Positions 39,170 to 48,853 of a stretch of DNA of 50,953 nt are shown one piece after another (the stretch's first letter is position 1; each line of letters opens with the position of its first letter). The stretch spans positions 124,001 to 174,953 of IMG/VR virus record IMGVR_UViG_2860317346_000001, one strand, 5' to 3'. The notes under the pieces are model-generated. The model did no database searches, was not told the origin of the DNA, and worked only from the letters and a program-made list of their open reading frames with translations. The DNA is from an uncultured virus (IMG/VR IMGVR_UViG_2860317346_000001) (Duplodnaviria > Heunggongvirae > Uroviricota > Caudoviricetes). The position numbers were made by a program, and so were the translations under genes.

Positions 39170-39221
39170 CTTTTTTATACTTTTATTGTGACCGCTTAAT
39201 CCAAGTGATGTCAAAGTCGCG

Positions 39222-39776
39222 GTGGTATTTATGGAAAATGACGTACACTACACGTTTGGTAACGAAACGTTCAAATTTAGCAGACGAGGGTATCAATATT
39301 TTTGGTTAAATGATAACCTTGAATGGGAGCCCATAAAAGAAACAGATATTGTAAAACGGTTCATTGGTTTAAATATGGATAATTCGTTTGTTTCCGTGTT
39401 ATTAACATCAAGAATGAAACACTGGATGCTTTTTGGTATAAAAAATGGTTTACTTTATGTTATACTAAGGGATACCGGACATGAGTTAATACAAACGGAT
39501 AACTACTTGGAATTATACCGCGCGGAATCGGACCTTAACGACATGGTACTTGAAGCACTACAACTTGCAGCTGAAGACGATGATTACAATAAATTATTTT
39601 CAATATACAATGGTATGGTTACACCTGTAAGTAACGTAAACAAACACCTCGTTGAAGCTCTCGTTAGTATGGGCGCTAAAATTAAATTAGCCCCAAATCA
39701 GATACGAAACGCTGTAAAGGATATATGTTTTGAGCACAATAGGGTACACAACACCAACATCAACGTGAAGTGGTAA
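39222..39776 (+). CDS. Hypothetical protein
   Basis: 184-aa ORF. Confidence 0.7.
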   Translation: MVFMENDVHYTFGNETFKFSRRGYQYFWLNDNLEWEPIKETDIVKRFIGLNMDNSFVSVLLTSRMKHWMLFGIKNGLLYVILRDTGHELIQTDNYLELYRAESDLNDMVLEALQLAAEDDDYNKLFSIYNGMVTPVSNVNKHLVEALVSMGAKIKLAPNQIRNAVKDICFEHNRVHNTNINVKW

Positions 39777-39777
39777 A

Positions 39778-40533
39778 ATGGAAAATGATTTACAATCAAG
39801 AACGATTATGCTTCCAAATAGCCCTGGTGAAGTGTTTGTAGTTTCTGCAAAACGACAGGTCATAGATGCGAAAAGAGGTATAATTCATCGAGAAACAGCG
39901 TTTGAAATTATTAACGATGCGCTTGAAACCGAAGAAGTCGATGGGTTGATTATAAACAATTTGTTACATCCCGACAATAAAGTGTACGGTGTACATTTTG
40001 AAGTTAGAAATATGTACGGTGCGAACAACACAATTCTATTTAATTTTGATTTCGAAGCTGGTGTTTTCAAAGGTAAATTGTTTGAAGGCTACCACGAAAT
40101 GGAATTTAGAAATAAGATATGTGATTTATTACACAATAATGTTTCCGACGAAAATCTAATCGGAACGATATCGGATTTCTACGATGTATCGAACGTTGAA
40201 GTACCATTCGCCACACTTATCAGTACATTACCACCAAAACGAAGTATCAGGTTAGATGGTATGGATATTTCAGCTATACAGTTTATACACGCATTAAGAC
40301 AGATATACATGCTTAAAGATGCTAAACCGGTTGGTGGAAATCTCGTTGTCGAAGACAATATATACGGTGATTTCACGATAAATGCACACCGACCACAAGT
40401 TATAAACGACATTTGGAAACGTATACAATCTAAAGCGTACGACGTTGATGATTGTCACGAACTCGTTAAACGATTTCTTAATTACGAAATAGATTTCGGT
40501 TTATTCTTCGATGACAATGGTGACCTCGTGTAA
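39778..40533 (+). CDS. Hypothetical protein
   Basis: 251-aa ORF. Confidence 0.75.
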   Translation: MENDLQSRTIMLPNSPGEVFVVSAKRQVIDAKRGIIHRETAFEIINDALETEEVDGLIINNLLHPDNKVYGVHFEVRNMYGANNTILFNFDFEAGVFKGKLFEGYHEMEFRNKICDLLHNNVSDENLIGTISDFYDVSNVEVPFATLISTLPPKRSIRLDGMDISAIQFIHALRQIYMLKDAKPVGGNLVVEDNIYGDFTINAHRPQVINDIWKRIQSKAYDVDDCHELVKRFLNYEIDFGLFFDDNGDLV

Positions 40534-40643
40534 TAAAGATTATATATAATCTGGAACTTCGATGTGGATGATACTGAAACAGTTGACACAAGATGTTTAT
40601 CGTGTTACATTTTATGGTTTCAGTTTCGTAAAGGCGATAGCTT

Positions 40644-40955
40644 ATGCACGAAACATTGGACCACATTAAACTTGCCGGGTTAAAAGACCTGGCTACTTCA
40701 GTAACGATGTTGTATATAATTTCGTTACACAAACATCCAGAAGAACTGGATAAACTTACGAAAATGATTATAAGTGGTTGTAGTCGTGATGATTTTGCGA
40801 TGGCAGCTGCAGCGGATTTTAACACCGTTATCACAGCGGATATGAATCCGGTTGTAGCTACGATGGTTTCAGAAATGTTTCAGTATCTTGACCTCGATAT
40901 TGTTTCCGCTGAACTAATGATACACCTTAGAGATAAGAGAGTATCACCACAATAA
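40644..40955 (+). CDS. Hypothetical protein
   Basis: 103-aa ORF. Confidence 0.65.
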   Translation: MHETLDHIKLAGLKDLATSVTMLYIISLHKHPEELDKLTKMIISGCSRDDFAMAAAADFNTVITADMNPVVATMVSEMFQYLDLDIVSAELMIHLRDKRVSPQ

Positions 40956-41053
40956 TTATTTTCATTTATTATTTGCCCCAATACAAACAACCAAAACTTA
41001 ACAAATGTGTTATTTTTTTTACAACGTGTTGGTGGGGCCCAACATATTAACGT

Positions 41054-41125
41054 GGACGTATGGTGTAATGGATAGCATACTAGCCTGCGGAGCTTGAGAT
41101 TCGGGTTCGATTCCCGGTATGTCCG
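41054..41125 (+). tRNA. tRNA-Arg(GCG)
   Basis: GGACGTA/TATGTCC acceptor; loop CTGCGGA; T arm TCGGG-TTCGATT-CCCGG. Confidence 0.85.
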
Positions 41126-41242
41126 TTTTATTTTTTTGTAATGTTACAACGTATATATGTAGGCCTGTACATATGTTGCGCTGTATCTATGTTTCACCGT
41201 GTGTAACTTAGTTATGGATTAACCTATTATACGTAGCACCCT

Positions 41243-41262
41243 TACATGTATATATACATGTA
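41243..41262. promoter_or_regulatory. Perfect 20-bp palindrome upstream of parA
   Basis: TACATGTATATATACATGTA. Confidence 0.6.
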
Positions 41263-41290
41263 CACGTATATACATAACATAGGTGAGAAC

Positions 41291-42055
41291 GTGGAAGTGA
41301 TTACATTTTCAAACCACAAAGGTGGCGTTGGGAAGACCACGATATGTTATAATGTCGCGGCGATGCTAGCTGAACGTGGTTGTGATGTATTATGTATCGA
41401 TATGGACCCACAACGAAATTTATCGTTAAGGTTCAACATCGACACGGATAAGTGTAATTGTATTGAAGACATTATTGATATCGATAAAATTACGATTAAT
41501 GACATAAATGATTGTGTGTTAAATGTAACCGACCATTTAGATATCATACCATCATCGGAGTTACTAGCGGTAGCTGATTATAAAATAAAAGCTAAAGCGT
41601 TTGGTTTCTTACAGTTCCGTGACATGGTAAATTTGTTAAGACCTTATTACGATTTTATACTGATTGATACACCGCCTATATTGAATGAGCTCACAAACTC
41701 GTCGATAGTAGCTTCGGATTCAGTCGTTATTATTGTAGAACCTAGCGAATCAGCATTACAGGGTATTAACTCTATTATCGATTTAGTTGACCGTATAAAT
41801 ACCAAAATCAACATCCCAGTTAAGGTGAAAGGTGTGGTATTCAACAAGTACGATGATAGGAGCAATAACCCAAAAATGGTTGTCAAATCGTTAAAAGAAA
41901 AATATAGTGACATCGAATTACTCGGTACGATACGAACATCTGCTGAATTGGGTAGATGTGATATGTTCAAACTACCTATAACGAAACTTGCCCCGAAAGC
42001 TAAGGTAATTAAGGATTTCAAATTTATTGAGAAATGGTGTGATAAAGATGAGTAA
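41291..42055 (+). CDS. parA: ParA/Soj family partition ATPase
   Basis: NHKGGVGKTT, IDMDPQRN, DFILIDTPP; AGGTGA RBS before GTG 41291. Confidence 0.95.
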   Translation: MEVITFSNHKGGVGKTTICYNVAAMLAERGCDVLCIDMDPQRNLSLRFNIDTDKCNCIEDIIDIDKITINDINDCVLNVTDHLDIIPSSELLAVADYKIKAKAFGFLQFRDMVNLLRPYYDFILIDTPPILNELTNSSIVASDSVVIIVEPSESALQGINSIIDLVDRINTKINIPVKVKGVVFNKYDDRSNNPKMVVKSLKEKYSDIELLGTIRTSAELGRCDMFKLPITKLAPKAKVIKDFKFIEKWCDKDE

Positions 42056-42404
42056 TAACGATAAAAAATCTAAATTAGCTGCAACTTTACTCGTTGGTGG
42101 TGGTAACTTACCAACAAAAAACAGTAGGAATCCATTAGCAAGGGTAGATGAATTAAAGTTACCAACCTACACCGGAACACGAGCACAAAGGACACTTACA
42201 TTCGAAGACCACCTGTGTGATTTCTGTAAAAGTAAATACAGACTTGGTCACCACGGTCTTATTATAAATTACGCAATCTACGTAATCATGATGTTTGATG
42301 AATTATTCAAAGGTGACAACGTTAACCTTCACGATTTATTACTCTCCGCTAAGGAGAAAGACGTTGAGAAATTTAAAGCGACACTAATGAAATGCTTAGA
42401 ATAA
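42048..42404 (+). CDS. Putative ParA partner (centromere-binding adaptor)
   Basis: Overlaps the parA stop; basic flexible N-terminus. Confidence 0.55.
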   Translation: MSNNDKKSKLAATLLVGGGNLPTKNSRNPLARVDELKLPTYTGTRAQRTLTFEDHLCDFCKSKYRLGHHGLIINYAIYVIMMFDELFKGDNVNLHDLLLSAKEKDVEKFKATLMKCLE

Positions 42405-42565
42405 ATTTTACTTTTTTATACATTTACACGTACATATGGTAGGTGGGTAGGTGTGTTGATACAGATATATGTATCAACGTTACACATTGACCTATGTAGA
42501 TACATAGTAACGTGTATACTTACCTATCAATAGTATCTTTTTTGCCGTTTTACAAAGGTGTAACA

Positions 42566-43357
42566 ATGAAAAACATGGAAACTCTATCGGATATATTCAA
42601 TTCCAACGATGCGGCAAATATTGTTAAGGCTTTACTGTTCAAACGACGAAAAGGTGTGAACCTGAGTTTATACGGTATATTACTCTACGGTAAATCGTTA
42701 TTTGAGATTATAACGATGTCGTCGACGTTGAAACCTAATAAGTACAACGATACTGAAATAAACCGACCTAAAATTATAATTTACGAACTCGAAGTGTTAT
42801 CGTTCATGCGGAAACATGAATGTGTAACCGTAAAAGAAGCTATACAATATATAGCGTTTGCTAAATTTTATTATGTATTACGAAAGCATTTAATGAATGG
42901 GAAAGAATTTCAGAAGTATTCAGATGAGTGTATGGATGATACTGTTTTTAGAACATTTTTAGCACAGATTGAACCCGAACTGGTTGAACGCGTAATGGTG
43001 GATAATACGGTTGAATATTATACCGATATTACCGTCGAAGATATCTGTAGAACGTTATCGTTTAGACACGGTTGTGTTGATTTCAAAGTAAACATCGCTT
43101 TACTTGATAAAGTTAAAGTTGTCCTCGATGACATCCACGACATTAACACCTTGGTATCGTTTGGATGTTACTACATTAATCGATTCGGACCTACGTTTGC
43201 TGCATCTAAAAATGCAATAGAATGCACAAAGTATATATTAAATCGATTATCTGGTGAAAACATACTTGATTTTTGTACATTTATATTATCACAACACATG
43301 CGATGTACAAAGGTTGCGTATGTTGATACATTTATGAAAACTTACAAAGGTGCTTAA
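42566..43357 (+). CDS. Hypothetical protein
   Basis: AGGTG RBS before ATG 42566. Confidence 0.75.
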   Translation: MKNMETLSDIFNSNDAANIVKALLFKRRKGVNLSLYGILLYGKSLFEIITMSSTLKPNKYNDTEINRPKIIIYELEVLSFMRKHECVTVKEAIQYIAFAKFYYVLRKHLMNGKEFQKYSDECMDDTVFRTFLAQIEPELVERVMVDNTVEYYTDITVEDICRTLSFRHGCVDFKVNIALLDKVKVVLDDIHDINTLVSFGCYYINRFGPTFAASKNAIECTKYILNRLSGENILDFCTFILSQHMRCTKVAYVDTFMKTYKGA

Positions 43358-43700
43358 CGTGAACGCAAACGAACCTAATAATACTGTTGATAAAACTTTT
43401 ACAGCCGAAAACTGGGTTGACCCAGATACTGTAGCTAACGATACACAAGTGAACGAGTTACCATCCGAATACGAGGAACCTGACAATTCATTTGAGATTG
43501 CTCTCGAATGTAACGTTGAAGATGATGGTACCCGAGTTGTTAGCGTTAAGATTAAAGATTTAAACGAAAGACCAGAAGGGTACGTTTACGAAGAAAACGA
43601 AATTTCACCGGATGAAATCGTACAACTCGTTACACAAGTAGTTGGTAACGCGTTAACGAATGTTATCGGTGATGAAACCGAGGTTGTGAAAATTGAATAG
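43350..43700 (+). CDS. Acidic hypothetical protein
   Basis: D/E-rich ORF. Confidence 0.7.
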   Translation: MLNVNANEPNNTVDKTFTAENWVDPDTVANDTQVNELPSEYEEPDNSFEIALECNVEDDGTRVVSVKIKDLNERPEGYVYEENEISPDEIVQLVTQVVGNALTNVIGDETEVVKIE

Positions 43701-44367
43701 CCCAACCCCCTTTAGCTTTTTGGTTGCCCACTGTAAATTTACGGGTTCTAATTGTTATCTTCTAAAACTGGTGTTGCGTAAGAAAAATAACCCTGGTGTT
43801 AAGGAGTCAACCCAACATATCAAAACACACATCGTGTGTAACAATGATGATATGATGGCTGCGTACAAAGACCTCGTCGATATAGCGGAAAGTAATCCAG
43901 AGAAAAAATACTACATTTATGTAACGTTAAACTCACGCGACTACAGTAAAGCGTGGAACACGTTTATACACACCGCGGTTGACATAGCGCATGTGCTTGA
44001 TAAGGATAAATTTGCGAAAAACCGACTTAAGGATGTAGGCGGTATATACGAATCTTGTTTATTACAGGAAGATTCGATTGGTACGGCAAATAAATTATAT
44101 TTTCTACTTGATGTTGATGCTAAGTCACAGTGGCTGCTGAACAAAGTAGTTGATGTTCTTGGTACCGCTATCGTTGTTGTTAGACCGACACCGAACGGAT
44201 ATCACGCTGTACTTGAGCGGTCAGCAGGATTTGAGCGAATTCAGGGATTATTACACAAATATATGAGTGATGATTTATTCTACAACCGAATCACACTTCA
44301 CAAAGATGGACTATTATTTGTCCGGTCCGTAAACATGGGTGATACACATGGAATTGAAATTCAGTGA
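43693..44367 (+). CDS. AEP (primase-polymerase)-like fold protein
   Basis: FLLDVD and TPNGYH motifs. Confidence 0.5.
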   Translation: MNSPTPFSFLVAHCKFTGSNCYLLKLVLRKKNNPGVKESTQHIKTHIVCNNDDMMAAYKDLVDIAESNPEKKYYIYVTLNSRDYSKAWNTFIHTAVDIAHVLDKDKFAKNRLKDVGGIYESCLLQEDSIGTANKLYFLLDVDAKSQWLLNKVVDVLGTAIVVVRPTPNGYHAVLERSAGFERIQGLLHKYMSDDLFYNRITLHKDGLLFVRSVNMGDTHGIEIQ

Positions 44368-44632
44368 TTATGCCAAAAGGCCCGTTGTAATAAAAGCGGT
44401 GGAAGTAACCGATGCGCTCATTGTTGATGTTGCATCCGAACCTAACGGGACCATAAAGTTAAACGGCTACAATATCGTAGCTTGTGATGAAGAAACATTA
44501 ATAATTGAAACACTGGAAGGTAATCACACGTGTAAAGTCGGTAGTTATATTATCGTGGGTGTGAAGGGTGAGATATACCCGGTTAGGCGAGATATCTTTG
44601 ATGAAACATACGTACCGGTTAAAAAACAGTAA
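44348..44632 (+). CDS. PGDYG-like phage protein
   Basis: KRPVVIKAV...TLEG...GSYIIVGVKGEIYP...IFDETY. Confidence 0.75.
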   Translation: MELKFSDYAKRPVVIKAVEVTDALIVDVASEPNGTIKLNGYNIVACDEETLIIETLEGNHTCKVGSYIIVGVKGEIYPVRRDIFDETYVPVKKQ

Positions 44633-44954
44633 AGGTGTAAACGTGGGGGGCGAAATTAAAGTACCTAAGAAATACGCAATTTCAGAAGAAGACATTCTTG
44701 AAATTATTTCGAAGTTACCAGATTCAGAAATTAAATTAAAGTTACTCGATTTAATTGATGGAGACGATGCAAGACTGATGTTGTACGAAACGTACGAAGA
44801 CGTATTCGGTTATCTTGGTGAACTAGGGTTCGAGGAAGAAATTACAGGTGAAGAATTACATAAAGCTTATCTCAGTATGGGTGATGACCCCATTTTCAAC
44901 ACCGAAGGGTTTGAAGTGGTTGCAAACGTCGCGCTCGCAAACGCTTCGCGATAA
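44568..44954 (+). CDS. Acidic hypothetical protein (start probably ~44643)
   Basis: Operon ORF. Confidence 0.6.
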   Translation: MRYTRLGEISLMKHTYRLKNSKGVNVGGEIKVPKKYAISEEDILEIISKLPDSEIKLKLLDLIDGDDARLMLYETYEDVFGYLGELGFEEEITGEELHKAYLSMGDDPIFNTEGFEVVANVALANASR

Positions 44955-45040
44955 TTACATCGTAGTAACGGCAACGTAATTCTTGCCACTCTATCATAGG
45001 GGTGGGGTGCCGGGGAGGGGATAATTATAGGAGAGAGAAT

Positions 45041-45820
45041 ATGGCCAATGTAGGAAAGAATATCAGTGCAGCTGAAAAGACAGAAATAATCGAAGAAATT
45101 GACCCTAAAGTTTACTTCGAAACGTTGAAAGGTCGTGTAAAAACGATGAACGATTCAACGTTAAAACAAGCATACGAGAACGCCTTGGTGTTATATGGTA
45201 AAGCTGACTTCTTTAATCAACACATAACGAAAAAAAAGTTATTATTTAACGTCGAGTGTATGGAATTGGAAAAGAAAGTACTTGCCGTTGGCGTAGATAA
45301 ATACGTACACAAGGATGATATCAAATACTACCTCGACAAAGTGTCTAGGAAAGTCGTAATGTGTGTTGAATTGAGTAACTACGAAAGGGAGATTCCCGAT
45401 GACGTTATGAAAGTTTACGACAAAGTTAAAGATATTTTTGATGATTTTTACGTTGTTTTTACTGATTACACCGAAAACCATAGGAAAACCGCTAAGATTG
45501 AACGTGACCCCATATTGTTTGGTTCGTTTAGGAACAAACAACATAGATTAACACATGATAGGTTTTACTTTATCGCCGACTGGGTGGATGAGTATTGTGA
45601 CCTTACACTCGATAGGATGCTCGTTGAGATGAAAGAAAAAACCGGAAACGATATCTTACACATGGTAACCATTCCGGCGAACATTGACGAGATGCGAAGT
45701 AAAATCGAAATGTTCGATGCAAAACAAATGAAAGAAGATTTAACCCGTAAGAAACCAAAAGGGTTCGGTAAGATTACCACGTTTATCTCAAATTTCTGTA
45801 AACGGGGAGCTACATGGTAA
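45041..45820 (+). CDS. Phage-type hypothetical protein
   Basis: DPILFG...FYFIADWVDEYCDLTLD. Confidence 0.8.
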   Translation: MANVGKNISAAEKTEIIEEIDPKVYFETLKGRVKTMNDSTLKQAYENALVLYGKADFFNQHITKKKLLFNVECMELEKKVLAVGVDKYVHKDDIKYYLDKVSRKVVMCVELSNYEREIPDDVMKVYDKVKDIFDDFYVVFTDYTENHRKTAKIERDPILFGSFRNKQHRLTHDRFYFIADWVDEYCDLTLDRMLVEMKEKTGNDILHMVTIPANIDEMRSKIEMFDAKQMKEDLTRKKPKGFGKITTFISNFCKRGATW

Positions 45821-46332
45821 GTGATGATGTTGATTTAACACGTGACCGTGTTCTTAAGGATACAACACCACAACAAGCTAACCTACGTGATGATTCCGAG
45901 GTTTTGTCAATATTCGATAGCATACAAAGGTTGTTATCCGAGCAGGTTCCCGGTTACGTGGTCAAACGTAGAATGCCGTGGGACGATTACGAAGCTCAGG
46001 ACATAGCGACACCCGAAGCTATGTCGTTTGGACGTGAAACCGAAGATGAATACGCGGACCGGGTTGGTCTAAATTTATGCTGTCGGTGGTTACAGACTGG
46101 TGATTACCAGGAGTATAAATCGAAATTGAACCTGTACGATGATGTTATGGGTAATAAATGTGAATGTTGTGGTCGTGACATGACGAACGATTTAGATTTT
46201 AACCACGGGCACTTATGCTCTGATTGTTCGAAAAATCTCGACATTATGTACGAACATAATATAATCATGGATAGGATAGAAGGTGTATTTAGAGATGAAA
46301 GCAGAGACACAAGATTTGATTACAACGTATGA
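45814..46332 (+). CDS. Zn-finger protein
   Basis: CECCG...LCSDC. Confidence 0.75.
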   Translation: MVSDDVDLTRDRVLKDTTPQQANLRDDSEVLSIFDSIQRLLSEQVPGYVVKRRMPWDDYEAQDIATPEAMSFGRETEDEYADRVGLNLCCRWLQTGDYQEYKSKLNLYDDVMGNKCECCGRDMTNDLDFNHGHLCSDCSKNLDIMYEHNIIMDRIEGVFRDESRDTRFDYNV

Positions 46333-46939
46333 TGAAAATGGTTATCCGGTGTTTAAAGGTTTAACCGACGAAGAAACTGAATTCATAAACAAATTCAAAA
46401 CAATATCGCTTGGTAGAGAAGGTTTGCTTACGAAAAGTATTCTCAAAAAAAGTGATATCGTTCAGGGTTTATACGATAAAGGTATCATCGTTGACCTTCC
46501 TGATAACGGTTCAGGTATGGCTACCATCGGTTTATATGGAGTTGTTTACCCCGAAACCATGGGAGATATCATGGTTATGAGAAGTCGGGAAAGTCCAGAT
46601 AAATACGATTTGGACAGCAACGACATGGATAGAATTTCATCATCGCTCGTTGGTTTAAACGATATGATAGATGTACCGATATCACTCTACGGATTCAAGA
46701 CATCAAGACCAAAAACAAACAAGATTAAATTCAACGTCGCTGAAAGAGTGTTTGGTCTCGATGAAATACAGTTTAACGACAACTTCGACATAGAAATACC
46801 AGAAGGTAGTAAATATGTAAACATCATGTTTGCGACCATGAGTAAAGTTCCTGGTTGTGTAACGTATTTCGAATTCATAGGTGAGAATGGTGTTACAATC
46901 ACGGGACGGAAAACCAAACGCTTTGACGAACAATGCTAA
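46283..46939 (+). CDS. Hypothetical protein
   Basis: 218-aa ORF. Confidence 0.7.
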   Translation: MYLEMKAETQDLITTYDENGYPVFKGLTDEETEFINKFKTISLGREGLLTKSILKKSDIVQGLYDKGIIVDLPDNGSGMATIGLYGVVYPETMGDIMVMRSRESPDKYDLDSNDMDRISSSLVGLNDMIDVPISLYGFKTSRPKTNKIKFNVAERVFGLDEIQFNDNFDIEIPEGSKYVNIMFATMSKVPGCVTYFEFIGENGVTITGRKTKRFDEQC

Positions 46940-47675
46940 GTGGGATAGATTATTTAATTTCGGTAATGGCATAATTTTTGATGTATTGGAGTATAGTCCA
47001 TCGGCCATAGATGTTGTTAGTTCAGAAAACATTACATCAACTAATCGCAATTTTCACGCAGCATTATTCTCGTACAACGGTATACATCTGGCGGTACCAT
47101 GTAGAATGAGTATGATAACGCATTTGTGGTTTACGTTATGTCCCGACGCATTCCTTACCGATAAACGTAAACGTGTAGGTAAATTACCTTATTGTGATTT
47201 CGTCCAAGCTTTACTCAAATTAAAGTCCAACGGTACACTAATTATCTTTAAATCGTCTAAACCTATTACAGCGGAAGAGATATCTAGTAAACGACACTGT
47301 TGTTACGAAGATTGGGTGAATCTCGTTGATTTAGATAACGATAAAACTGAGCGTATCCCCGAATTAACGTGGTTGCTTGCTGATTACAGGGAAGGAATCG
47401 AACGTTATATCGTGTTTGAACATGAAGGCTACACGTTCGATGTGTTATCTGGTAAATACTGCGCGATTTACACGAAAGGGAATGAACGGGTCAAATCGTA
47501 TTCTTATAACGATATCGTTATTAACGATAGTATCGTGTACAGAATCGAAGATGATTTATCACAACGTGAAATCGATGGTATAGATATACTGATTGAACTG
47601 GTTGATGATAATTGCGAGATTAAAGTAAAATACATTTCCGACCTCGGTGGTGTTTTATTTGGAGTGAAACAATGA
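46881..47675 (+). CDS. IDD-motif family member
   Basis: DIVINDSIVYRIEDD. Confidence 0.7.
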   Translation: MRMVLQSRDGKPNALTNNAKWDRLFNFGNGIIFDVLEYSPSAIDVVSSENITSTNRNFHAALFSYNGIHLAVPCRMSMITHLWFTLCPDAFLTDKRKRVGKLPYCDFVQALLKLKSNGTLIIFKSSKPITAEEISSKRHCCYEDWVNLVDLDNDKTERIPELTWLLADYREGIERYIVFEHEGYTFDVLSGKYCAIYTKGNERVKSYSYNDIVINDSIVYRIEDDLSQREIDGIDILIELVDDNCEIKVKYISDLGGVLFGVKQ

Positions 47676-48292
47676 AACCCGACATAAGGCCTATGCGTTA
47701 TTCAAATGACCGATTACGTGAGCCGGAAATCCTATTCTACGAAAGGCTTTATGGTTTTAGGTGTTTAGGTTTAAGTTACGGTACACATCCAGCCGCGTAT
47801 ATAGAGTTACCTGAAGAATACGTTGGTGTATTTGGTAATTATTCGTTTTACGATATGGTGGTAAGTGTTTATGGTGGTGTAACGTTTGCACAAAAAGGCG
47901 GAGACCTCGATTCCATGCTTAAAGGTTATTGGATTGGGTGGGATTACATGCACCTTGGTGACAAATTTGGTAAATTTGGAGCACTAGCCGAACACAGTAG
48001 TAAATCTTGGACTAGCGAAGATTTATACAAACACTGTAAAGCTGCAGCTAAACAGTTATTCGAGTTTATTGGTGAGAAGATGGAAGTTATTGAAATTAAA
48101 TCAGCCGACGGCGTACAACTTGTAAAAGTTAAAAAAAGTGATTTAGACCAGATAAAAACATTAGCGGTTGAATATTCACATGGTTACGCGATGGATGCAC
48201 CAAAATATCAATGTGCGTTCACTGAATTCTTACAGAAGGAAGGTATCGTTGTTATAACCGACGACGTTATAGCTGCTGTTATCCAGTTGTGA
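47672..48292 (+). CDS. Phage-type hypothetical protein
   Basis: HPAAYI...VYGGVTF...WIGWDYMH. Confidence 0.75.
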   Translation: MKPDIRPMRYSNDRLREPEILFYERLYGFRCLGLSYGTHPAAYIELPEEYVGVFGNYSFYDMVVSVYGGVTFAQKGGDLDSMLKGYWIGWDYMHLGDKFGKFGALAEHSSKSWTSEDLYKHCKAAAKQLFEFIGEKMEVIEIKSADGVQLVKVKKSDLDQIKTLAVEYSHGYAMDAPKYQCAFTEFLQKEGIVVITDDVIAAVIQL

Positions 48293-48296
48293 TTAC

Positions 48297-48842
48297 ATGA
48301 TTGAAACCTGTTTCATTGAACGAATAGGTTCACGTAGTCGTTTTTTTGGTAAAAGTACAGAATTTCGAACACACGTTAAAGAAGGTATCCTCGAATTTGA
48401 ATTAAGCGGAATCGTACCAGCTGACGTAGAAATACCAAAAACTAGATTGTATGAACTATTACTTAACGATGCGATTTGTTTCGGTAATGGTAACGATACG
48501 TTCTTCGAACCAGCGTTAATCGATGGGAAACCTTTCATCTGCAGTAGCGAGTTTGATACAATATTCAAATTAAATGATGAATACCTGTTTCTTAACCGAG
48601 AAGGTGTGCTTTACGGGTTAAAATATAGATTCGCTGCGTTCTTCGAAGATTATTGTGTACACAACGGTTATATCGCAAGGATACCGGATAATCTCGGTGA
48701 ACCCGAATTATTAACACAAGATGAAAACATCACATTAACGAAGCGATTACAATCTATGAACGTCGAAACTATACCCGTTAATGACGTAATGTCTGGAACT
48801 TACGTTCTTGACGTTGAAAATTATCATTATCCATTTCAGTAG
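48297..48842 (+). CDS. IDD-motif family member
   Basis: IDGKPFI...DYCVHNGYIARIPDN. Confidence 0.7.
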   Translation: MIETCFIERIGSRSRFFGKSTEFRTHVKEGILEFELSGIVPADVEIPKTRLYELLLNDAICFGNGNDTFFEPALIDGKPFICSSEFDTIFKLNDEYLFLNREGVLYGLKYRFAAFFEDYCVHNGYIARIPDNLGEPELLTQDENITLTKRLQSMNVETIPVNDVMSGTYVLDVENYHYPFQ

Positions 48843-48853
48843 GTGTGTAATAT

